A DNA stretch of 64,000 nucleotides from Ylistrum balloti (taxonomy: Eukaryota). Location: the NCBI RefSeq assembly GCF_031769215.1, contig NW_026782081.1:868001-932000 (forward strand), read 5' to 3'. Positions 1-11,700 of this stretch are shown here, piece after piece. How positions within the stretch are numbered: the first letter of the stretch is position 1; every line of letters starts with the position of its first letter. A program made the position numbers and the translations under genes. The notes under the pieces were generated by a model. It ran no database searches. It saw only the letters and a list, made by a program, of their open reading frames with translations, and was not told the DNA's origin.

Positions 1-100
1 ATAAGATGCATGGAATTTACATCAAAATGCAATCAGTTCTGAGATGAAATTCCCAGCAAGCTCATTTGTTCTCCTATTTGAAACTGTTTGATTCACTTAC

Positions 101-3100
101 ATGATATCCAGGTCGAGATAAATCTCGTCACGGCGGACATTTTCTGTGTAAACTTTTACACCTCCAATCCTCGGAGGCTGCAATGATAACAGAAAGTGAC
201 ATGACAGAGAGTAGATTATGCACGGACAGTTTCAATATTTTTGCATACATGTTGGGATACAATAATCACAATGAAATATATGTAGATATGTCATAATGCA
301 ATGTATTGTATTTTTGATGGACATATAATAATGATTTTATCTCAATGGTGCTTGTTTGTATTTTTGCAAGAGATATGCTAACTCCTATAATTCATCATAA
401 TCTATGTTACACATTGTAAACATTTCTTTCATTTTATAAGCATACATGTAAAACACAATCAATTATTTTGTCCCCTAGGGTCATCACAGGTAAGAAGATA
501 ATGCAGCTTGCAGCATTTTAAGTCACTGGCTCTTCTAAACCATGTGACAATGTCAAAGAGAAATAATGCATTCTTGCATGGTGACTTCATCACTACCACA
601 CTTACAATATCACCGAGGTCAATCTGTGTGAACCTGAATGACCCCACTGTTGAGTGACTCTGTTGGATCTTTTCCTGAATGGAATCCAACAGTAGCTTCT
701 TCACATAATCTCCAATAAATGGCCAGATCTGGTCCAGAATCTAGTAAGAAAATCAAAATTTCTCTGAATATCATTTACATGTATTTATAGGCCATCTCAG
801 CACAGTCTTNNNNNNNNNNNNNNNNNNNNNNNNNNNNNNNNNNNNNNNNNNNNNNNNNNNNNNNNNNNNNNNNNNNNNNNNNNNNNNNNNNNNNNNNNNN
901 NNNNNNNNNNNNNNNNNNNNNNNNNNNNNNNNNNNNNNNNNNNNNNNNNNNNNNNNNNNNNNNNNNNNNNNNNNNNNNNNNNNNNNNNNNNNNNNNNNNN
1001 NNNNNNNNNNNNNNNNNNNNNNNNNNNNNNNNNNNNNNNNNNNNNNNNNNNNNNNNNNNNCAATTTTCAGTACATTGTTATACACATATAGTAAAGATTT
1101 TAGTTGATTTTCAAAAAAAGCTCTTGGTTTCTGGCTTTAAACATAATGAGATGTTGACCTTCTGCCTGAGGTTAATCAAATATTTGGAAAGCCATTCAAT
1201 TGTCAAGGAAAGCCTTATATCAATAAACCACTATGTAAACCAGAGGGCTAACATCAAGACAAACCAAGAGATAAATATTGTATTCTATAAAAAGCTTTAA
1301 TGTAGTCTTGTCTTATCAGTTTGGGTTATTTTTGGAGATCTAGATCATATGATATAAAGTCCATCTTTTTACCTTGGATTCATTAAAAATCAATATCTAT
1401 ACTTTTATTATTAATTGTTTTTCTTTCCTTTTCATAATTATCAAAATGGGAAAATATTAATTATCAAAAATTGGTTTTTTTACTCATCTACTTCATAAAA
1501 GTTACATTCAAATGTTAAGAAAACTCAAAAGCGTACACCACAGTTCTGATTTATTCAAATCTGACTCCAGTATATAAAAATTTATTATAATAGGATACAA
1601 CTGAAGACCATTTGGGCTACAGATATTGCTACATGCATGACTGCCCAACAAGAACATCATGTTAGAAGCTACACTATTAGAGGCTACACTATTAGAGGTT
1701 TTGTGAAGACACATTTATTCTCTAGCTTATAGTGAATGCTCAAACAGTGTAGGTTAGTGGGCACAGCTAACATCAGACACACCCAACTCCCACATTTTTA
1801 TGCCCTGAAATCATGATACTAGTGTAAATATGGGTATAAATATCAAGTTGAATATGTGTGTGACCACAGAATAATTATTTGGTGATATTCTGTAGTATCA
1901 TCCTGCAGGTATGTATATATATATACTGTATAACAATAGAACAGAATAGCTAATAAATATAAAATCACATATGCAATATGTGTTCTGAATGATCATCATG
2001 ACATGGTAAAGTCAACATTCTAGGTATGCAATTCTCGCATGAGCAAGAAATGTTCCAAAAAAGACCACCCAAGATTTCATTAGTAATTAATACTTAAATC
2101 AGAGTCAGCGTATTCATGTATCTTTGCTGAAATCTACATAGTTTACATGGTAAACCTGAGTCTAGGGTACAAGTGTTAGTACCATGTTTAGTGTAAACTT
2201 TTATCCTCTGGTTTGTTATTTTGATGTTGGGAATTGTCCCAAATAATTGTAAGTGATATATATGAAGTGGTTCATAATTAAACAAGGTCAACAAAAGTAT
2301 AGCTGATACTAGTTGGGCCAACTTCTAGTGTCCTAGTAGCTTCTGACGCACCATAAGCTACTATATAAGATATGAGACTTACCTTGTTAAACCACTCAGC
2401 TCTTTCAACGTCAGGAAAATGGACCTAAAATTGAAGAATATTACATATCAATATATACTAAATAGTATCATTTTCCTATATACATGTAAAAAAATGTCAT
2501 ATATATAGAATAGATGGTCTGGGGAACTAGTTGGTGGGTCGCATTTATATGAGCAGGTGTGCTTATAAGGTTAACTACCACAATGTAAATTTATACACAT
2601 TTTGTATTTCAACTTAGCTGGAACTAAAAAATCAATACCTGGTAATTATTATTCATAGTTGTTGCTGTTGTACACCACCTTCGAACAAATTACAACGCAC
2701 CAAAGAGGAAATAGTCACTATAACATATCCCATATTTATTTATATGTGTTGTCATGTACCTGTATACTTTTAGTGTTAAAATAAGATGTTATTAATACTG
2801 GAACAGTAACTTTGTGTTCCTGAATTACAATTTGTGATGACTACTAATTATATACAGGCATAATCATACTGTAATTGATACTGTTCACAAAATCACATAG
2901 CAAGGAAAAGTTCTTTATAAAACCATGCATGTATGGTAGACAATCCAACTACAATAATCAGTAATACAGATCATCTGCTGGGATATCAACTTTATTTAAA
3001 CTAATGACAAAATATATATGCATGATGCCATGATTCTATATCTAAGTTCGAGGTAGTATTACCAATGTATTCTGTGTGTAATAACTTGCCTAAAGGTGGT

Positions 3101-6100
3101 CTTAATAAAAATGTAGTTGCAACAGCCTGAACAAAGATTGCATTCTGTACAATACGATCTTTTGTATATTACGTAATTTGTGCTCAATACATACACCATA
3201 TACATATACCTAAAGCAGACTTATGACTATATATGGTTTTTTTCGAAGTTTACTATTGAGAATGAATACTACAGTCAAATTAAATGTACCATAATGTTGA
3301 CCATTTATTCATTAATGCCAATATATGTGCAGCGAACAGAACATTCCAATTTTGTGTCTCTAGCAGTTTTTCATGCATGTTGTGCCGAGATAAACAGCTT
3401 AAACCTGCACATATCAATTAACCACTGCTGCAAGGACTTCCTGCTGTATATATATGTACCAGTGTGTTTACAATTACATGTGTTTTGCAGCGAGTTTCCT
3501 TTCTATAAAGCATTGCTTGTAACCTGAAGAGAACTATATTATCAATTTCTCAAGTGTATAGTTTAATCATGCCAGCTGGTCTGTTACACATGTATACATT
3601 GATCACAACAGTCACAACAAGATGCATCAACAGTATGTGAACAGTGAGTATGATTCACCATATGTACAAGTGTAGGAAATTAGAACTGATCAGGACAAAA
3701 AGATTACATCAATGGAAAGGGAAGCTAATAGTGTTCCCCAAGTGGTATATTTTTCATCACCAACAAATTTCCCATCAAATATACTGAACACGTTAGAAAT
3801 TTTCCCCAAAATAGAAAAAATCAGACCATTATGAAAAAAATACCATTGTGATGGTTACCTGAACACTGTCACATTATATTCAAATCATCTTCATGTATGT
3901 CCTATATTTTATCCTATCCTTTCTTAAATTCTCATCACAAGGGCTGTCAGTAATTTATCTACCTTTTATTCAAAATTAGCCAAAAATTACTGTTTTCCCT
4001 ATGAATAGTATTCTTTTGGCTTAACTCTGGATTAACCTGTGAAATTTGTTTTCTTTTTTTCCCTGAGCAAGATGTCATTCTTCAGTCATTCATGACCAAT
4101 TTGGCTTTGTTTAAATCAATAAGCATTTTCTCATCTATGCAGAATTGAAATATTATACTTCTGTTAGAATAAGGTTACTTTTTCTACAAAGCATTGGATA
4201 TGCAAAAAGAACATTTTGAAATTATAATCAGGTATAAATTTATCTCACAGCAAATCATTGACAAAAATAATGATTATATAAATCTACATGTATACAAATA
4301 TGCAATCGGATTATGAAAAGTTCTGGAAAAATGTGATAAATTACACTTACTAATATCATGACAACAAATTTCAAATCAGGGTAAAATCACATTCATCTCT
4401 AATTCAACAATAACAGTACTTTTTCAATCAACTTACATGTTATAAAATATAAATTGCTTTTAAAGTCTAATGTAAAAAATACTGATAATAGAAATTAGAT
4501 AAAAAGATTATATAATAGCCTTCAATATCAAACTTTTATCAGCTTTGACCATATTTGACCTTACCTATGATTTACACTCTATTCAGATTTACCTTTGGGT
4601 TTGGAATATCTACAGAGCAATGTTTGAACAGCACAAGAATCAGTAAACTATATGTCTTTATGACTGTAACAATGGCTGTGTTGGTGGTGCCTCATATCGA
4701 TGTGATCATTCAGTTGGGGTGGAGGTACATTGTACGTCTCATATCAGTGATAATATAGGAATTCACATGTTTTTGATTGCTGTCATAATTGTAGTATCAT
4801 TTGGTCAAACAATTTAGGATTTGTAATGTAATAACTTGCCACTATATTAAAAATCACATACTCAACATCAACCGTACAAGTGTAAGGGAAAAGTTTTATT
4901 TCAATATATAATGTTTTTTGTTTTTCCAGCATAAGGTAAAAAGGTACAGTTTTGTCTACTCTAGGGGTTAATCTCACTAACATTTTCTAGCCAAACTGAA
5001 AGAAAAAACAAAGTAATTTGATTGGTCAAGAGAAAACAAATGACCAATCAGACTCATACACTCCTTTACAATTACAAAGGAGTGACAGCCAACTTCAAAG
5101 TCAATACAACCTACTCTTATGTGACCTTGATATTTTTTTGATACACATAAAAGGATCAGACTAGTCTTTTCGTCTTAGCCACAAAATATCAAAAATGGAA
5201 CCTTAATTTACCATGAAATGTTCAAAGGGTGCAGAGAGTGATAGTGATAACACCTGGAGTAACACAGAACTGTCTACACATGTTTAAATGTTTTACTTAA
5301 CATATCATTTCATTGTAGTTTAAACTATATCTTTTCTGGGGTTTTAATGTAAGTGGTGTGGGTTGATTTAACGGAAATACTTACTCTTCTCTTGACGTTA
5401 CTAAAGGAGCATGGCTGTTGTTAAAAAAAAAAAAGTCTGTAGGTGTCACATAGTACTTAGTTCATTGACAGTAATTGCTTGTCTTTGAAGTCTGGTGGAT
5501 GCAAAAAAGTGCAATGTAACTCCACCTCTAATTGAGACAATTCAGTGATCATTTGATTATGAGGTGTTGGCATAACCAATCACCTGTGTTTTTGTAATTG
5601 AAATTGGCATGGAATTTGACATCCATTGTTCAAAACCTCATAGATACAGTATATCATTTCTTGTATTTTTTCAAACATTGTCCTATTACCCCAAACTCAT
5701 GATCAGTCAAATGTAAATGGTATAGACAAGGTGTATACAACCATTATAAAGTAAACACTGATTCTATCTTTAATAACATACAAGCCCACATGAATGGTTA
5801 ACAGGATTTATCAATGCTAAACAGGTGTGGTAATTTAACTTGGAAATTCTTTCTAATTTGCATTACAGGAGGACACGTATGTGTGTAGGCGGGCTTGCTG
5901 ACCTTCAAACATTATACAATCTTCTGCAGATTCTATACAGCTCTGTGAAGTTTGCATACCAATAGTATGATGTTTTATCACTGTAACAAAGAGTATATGT
6001 AGGTGGACATGCTGCATAGCATTCTAATATTGGAACTTCAAAATTTAACAAATAGGAAGTTTAAATTTTGATCGAAAGATGTAGACTAGGCAAAAAATAT

Positions 6101-8125
6101 GATTTATTTATAATACATTTATAATACATTTATATACATTTAAATCAGAACAACATACAAAATTTTAACAATAAGAAAATCAGGGGGAAAAAAGTCTGCT
6201 AAATTTTTAATCAATTGATGTTCAGTAAATCACTATTACAAGTAAAGAAGATAAAAAATGCATCCCAAATTTGGAGGAAACTAATTGAAAACTAAGGATT
6301 TACAGGTAAATCTCATCTCACAGGCAATATTGAAACAATGCATAAAACAACACTTCCAAAAACTCTTATTTAAATACCATTTACCAAGACACAGCTTAGT
6401 CATTATGGTAAGGTTTCAAAAACAATGTTTAAAATTTGATAGAATGGATTTTAGATTACATTGTGCTGATATGTGGAAAACATAACTATATGTCATGATG
6501 ATAAAGCAAATGTCAGGCGACACAAATATATAATGTAATATCACATGTGATCACACTACATTTTTTATATAAGTATATAAAAATTACTTTAATACATGCA
6601 GCAAGTATCTAAAGGCTTATATTTTGGACCTTGAACGCGATGTCAACCTTTGGTTTGAGTACTACTTTAAACTACAATTATGTCACAGCCATATCATGTT
6701 ACATTTTTAAGCTGTCACATGATCTGCACTTGTATTTCCGTATTTCTAGACTTAAAGCAGATAGTTTAGCTTTCACGGATAGAATCTGATCTCAATATTT
6801 TGCACTGGCCATAGGAATTTATGATCTATACAATAAATATGCATAATTAGTAACTAATGGTATTTGATTACCCATCTGTGTTCTGTTGATCAATAGTTTG
6901 TTAACATTCCTTTCTGTATTGTCAAAAAATAAAACAGTTTATGGCTGAAGCATGACATGAACATTTGTACGAGACACTTTTACGGCATTTACAAAAGTGT
7001 AACAATCTGGGAACTTTCACCTGTTGCAAAACAGAATGCTGAAGTTATGACAATTGTGACTACTACTTCCAAAGATGAACCTGCATATCAACTGGTAAAA
7101 TGTGTCTAAAAATAAAACTTGATGCGTATTTTGTAAAAGGTTGCTGCTTTTTGTTTAATCTATTTTTTTAAAAAAGTGTATAAAAAATCATAATTTTATT
7201 GAATTTGGGTACCATCAACTCACACTGATGCTTTAGTTTGATATAAGTCATTACAATAAATGCTTAGATTGTAAAATATTTAAATGTATGGTCTACTAAA
7301 CCAAAATGATACAGGCTGGTAAGCAGATCATTTAAGGTTAAACATTTAGACCTGTATGTATAAGACACACCTTAACTACATTCCATGATCCTTTTATATT
7401 CGCCTTCACTTTTATTTGTTCACAAGATCAAAGCTCTTGACAATAAACTTCATTCTGTATCTTACACACAGAAACAGGTAACAATAAATATTTTCTTAAT
7501 TTTGTGAACCTGTAAACTGTGACCAGTTCTTTTGGTCATACATAAACTTTGAAGAATTCATGATCATGTCAACATTTATGGACATGCCTGGCTGCACACT
7601 GATAAATCTCTAAGCCGGTACACAGCGTTCCTTGTGTAGCATGCCCCTCACAGCTATATCAAATCTAGTAGTCATACAGGTGTCAGCGCAAACAGACATC
7701 TAACTGCCAATCATCGTTGTGATTAGTAAGGTAAACCTTATTATGAATTGGGGTTAAAGGTGCCCGCGGCTAGGGTGTACTACTCTTTCTTACTTGTTAC
7801 AAAATACACATCACCATGATATTGTTATTTATCTTACCCATGATGGCAAATCTTCCACTCGAGCCAATATCGTCGATTCCTCATCCTTTGCTATTTGCTG
7901 TTGTATCTTTATCTGCAGGTGTTTTCGCTGGGTGATTTTTTCTTTCCATACGTATGCAAGAAGTCCTAAAAGAATCCAACTTGGACTAAACTGAGTGTAT
8001 CCAAAACCATATACAGCAAGTGCAACTCCGGCTAACTTAAAATAACGCAAAATTATCGGAAGTAACCGAGTTTCATCCCCGGCTGCCTTCTTCTTTGCTA
8101 CAGCGGTTTTCTTGTCGTCTGGCAT
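101..8125 (-). CDS. ESYT2: Extended synaptotagmin (E-Syt/ESYT2-like), 5' part: exons 7838-8125, 2383-2424, 606-740, 101-177; gene continues beyond the left edge
   Basis: Spliced translation: MPDDKK...YFKLAGVALAVYGFGYTQFSPSWILLGLLAYVW (hairpin membrane anchor)...ARVEDLPSW | VHFPDVERAEWFNK | ILDQIWPFIGDYVKKLLLDSIQEKIQQSHSTVGSFRFTQIDLGDI | PPRIGGVKVYTENVRRDEIYLDLDI. This is the E-Syt 'LPSWV.FPDVERAEW.NK' motif leading into the SMP domain. All junctions are GT-AG with consistent phase (288, 42, 135, 77 nt). Paralogue number is by analogy only. Confidence 0.95.
810..1060. other. Assembly gap (N run) in ESYT intron 2
   Basis: 251 consecutive N. Confidence 0.99.
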
Positions 8126-8772
8126 GGCTAGTTTTAATTTTTTAACATTGCTTGTCGTCAGCGAAAATACTTCAGACGAACTGACACTCCACCGTGTACA
8201 CCTTTTGCTTACCGTAAATATCGATACAGACAGCCTTGAGGCTCGCAGTGACCTTGGTATAGGTTCATTACTATAATAGGGGAGATAAGGTTGACATAAT
8301 TGCAAAACATTCTCATCAGTTTTTTTGTTTACAAAACATTTCAAAAGCAAAAAATGCAGAATTTCATATCTAGATTAAACAAATTTTAGTCTTTTGATAA
8401 AAATTTTATGTTGTGTGTTTTCATAGTATATCAACAAATTGACAGGTGAAGTCACTCCCTGAGACATTAGGATGATTCTGATTGCTATGTCGTAAATATT
8501 TACATTTTATTGACAACTAAATTAATGTCCTTTATGACAAATTTACTATAATTAATAACAATTGTGTATGTAGGTATGCGGTAATTTATTTTATATATCT
8601 ATCTTACGGCTTACACTATGTCGTACTGTGTGTTGACGTCTCACTTCTGGTACATACCTGAGCTTGAAAATGGCGGCGTTAGTGATGAGACAACCATAAC
8701 CTACTGTCTGACTGCAGGTTTTAAACCGTGTTGTGTTTCTGCGGTGAAGCTATATCAACAATTATATTCAAG
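8126..8772. promoter_or_regulatory. Bidirectional promoter region between the ESYT and WDR60 start codons
   Basis: 647 bp separate the divergent ATGs (8125 minus, 8773 plus). The region is locally CpG-enriched, with a YY1-like AAAATGGCGGC (8667-8677) and a CRE-like TGACGTC (8634-8640). Confidence 0.7.
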
Positions 8773-11700
8773 ATGCCATCAGAAAGAGTGAGCTACTACT
8801 CAAATCATATTTCGCGTTTTCTTCCATTGCTAACAAATCACTTATCGTTTCTTCACGTTTGCTACCCAGATGTTTACCTCTTTGATCACAACACATTCAG
8901 ACACCTGTTTCTTACTCTTATGCTTATTGGTTAAAGTTAATGTTGTACAGGCTGACTTTTGTCATTCTTTAATATAATTACTTGTCAGGGAATACCTTAT
9001 ATTTGTAGATATATGAAGCAATATATCGGTTTGTGTGTTTTAACAAATCGTAAACAAAAATATGCCAACAGAATCATAATCCAAACCAAAATGCAATGAA
9101 ACCAGAGCAAAATATAAACAAAAGAAAGAGTTGCTCCTGAAAAAATACAAGGAGAATAAGTCCAGGTGTTGTGGAAAAGTAAATATCTTCAAATTGTTCA
9201 TCAGTAACTGCTAAGCATGGGATTTTGTGACAAAAACAAAGCATCATTCTAATCTGTCCCTTTACCTGTGTTGTAAGAGATTCTAATAATAAAATGAGAC
9301 ATTTTGGGCAGGGCATTAATTGCTCTCAGATTAATAATAAATCATTCATTAAATTGATGGGGGAAACTAGACAAATAGGAATGATCTAGATGCATTTTCA
9401 ATTTTCAGAATCGGTCTAAAGAGGATACATGGACTACTGGTGAATTGACCAAGGCACTGAAGGTGAATTTGAGTGATCAGAAATTTTTTTAAAAATCATA
9501 GCATATTTAGTGGAGGAAATCAGATGCTGAAAATTTCATTTTTGTTCTAGCATTCATAGTTGATCATAGTTGATGTGCTAGAGTCACTCTTTTTAGATCC
9601 TAAATGTATGAAATAATAGTAAAGACAATGGTAGTGTTAAAGATAAATTCCAACATTTCTTACAATAAATAAATGGAATGACAAAGGAATAAAATGTTAC
9701 ATGAAAGATAGAGAAAAAACAACCCTAAAGATACCTTTATTACATGTTTAAATCTTGATGCATTTTCAAAACAGTCAAGTTTGATTTTGTTTGTACAATT
9801 TTTGAAAGATGGTTTATTGTTTTTGAAACTAGAAAACATATGTGTTAGCTTTCCAGATATTTATTAAGTACAGTAATTTATTTTCTTGGTTGCAAATTAT
9901 ACTGAAGTATTACCAGTTTAAGGTTAAAACATATTTCAGATGTATTTCATGTTTCACTTCAAGATTTTCAGTGTTGTAATTTCATCAGATCATGAGATGA
10001 ATGTTTAAACTAAAAAAATTAAATGGAAATTTGATTGAGAATAAGGATATTGAGTTATAAAGCTATGTATCATGGGGAAAAAATGGATAAATATGATATA
10101 CACAGTATTTCAAATCTACTGATTGCCAAAGTATGAACCAAGTACAAAAGTGGTTCACTATTATTTAGCAATAGCTAGGTAAAGCATGAACTTATGTGCA
10201 TTTTTTTTCTTTGTCTTTTTTTGTTTTTTGTTTTTTTTTGGAAGGGGTTGGGTCGGGGGGGGGGGGGGAGGGGTTGGAGGAGTTGTGTGTGTGGTGGGGA
10301 GTTAAAGTCATTTGTGAGGATGAAGATATTAATGAAATGTATTGATAGACTGTGTGGATGGTAAAATAAAGTAAACGGTATACATAGAAAAACAGAATTC
10401 CTGATATTATGTACCATGCCTTGCTGATATCTGCCATGTATTCATTAACCAATAAGAAAAAGCAGCAAAATCAAAAGCCCTTTGAAGAATAACTTTTTCA
10501 GTCATTATGATGGTAACAAAAGATATCCTCCGGTAAAGCAAGGGTAGAGGTTGTAGTGGTTCCTGCAGGATTGAAATGGAACACTAGACACAGGATTTCC
10601 TTTTTTTATTACCAGGATTTCAAAACAGTAACATTTTAACATAAGTCAAAACCTTGTATTACTTCGACCATGCTGTTAAACTGAGTTCAGAAGATTAGCC
10701 ACATAGTTAACTGCTGTCTAGTAAAGCCAGCCTCAGTATTATCACTTTGTTAGCTGCTGTCTAGTAAAGCCAGCCTCAGTATTATCACATAGTTAACTGC
10801 TGTCTAGTAAAGCCAGCCTCAGTATTATCACATAGTTAGCTGCTGTCTAGTAAAGCCAGCTTCAGTATTATCACATAGTTAACTGCTGTCTAGTAAAGCC
10901 AGCCTCAGTATTATCACATAGTTAACTGCTGTCTAGTAAAGCCAGCCTCAGTATTATCACATAGTTAACTGCTGTCTAGTAAAGCCAGCCTCAGTATTAT
11001 CACATAGTTAACTGCTGTCTAGTAAAGCAAACCTCTTTATTCCCACACAGTTAAGAACTGTTTACTAAAACAAACTTCTTTATTCCAACACAGTTAAGAT
11101 CTGTTTACTAAAACAAATCTCTTTATTCCCACACAGTTTAGATCTGTCTAGTAAAGCAAGCCTCAGTATTCCCACATAGTTAAGCTCTGTCTAGTAAAGC
11201 AAGCCTCAGAATTCCCACATAGTTAAGATTTGTCTAGTAAAACAAGCCTCAGTATTCCCACATAGTTAAGCTCCGTCTAGTAAAGCAAGTCTCAGTATTG
11301 CCACATAGTTAAGCTCTTTCTAGTAAAGCAAGTCTCAGTATTGCCACATAGTTAAGCTCTTTCTAGTAAAGCAAGCCTCAGTATTCCCACATAGTACGCT
11401 CTGTCTAGTAAAGCAAGTCTCAGTATTCCCACATAGTACGCTCTGTCTAGTAAAGCAAGCCTCAGTATTCCCACATAGTACGCTCTGTCTAGTAAAGCAA
11501 GTCTCAGTATTCCCACATAGTTAAGCTCCGTCTAGTAAAGCAAGTCTCAGTATTGCCACATAGTTAAGCTCTTTCTAGTAAAGCAAGTCTCAGTATTGCC
11601 ACATAGTTAAGCTCTTTCTAGTAAAGCAAGCCTCAGTATTCCCACATAGTACGCTCTGTCTAGTAAAGCAAGTCTCAATATTGCCACATAGTTAAGCTCT

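Noticed and set aside
771-1085. ORFs spanning the N run
   Set aside because: Artefacts of the assembly gap.
10244-10274. G-rich tract as a functional G-quadruplex (also poly-C at 61161-61178)
   Set aside because: Homopolymer tracts are common and error-prone in such assemblies; no independent evidence of function.
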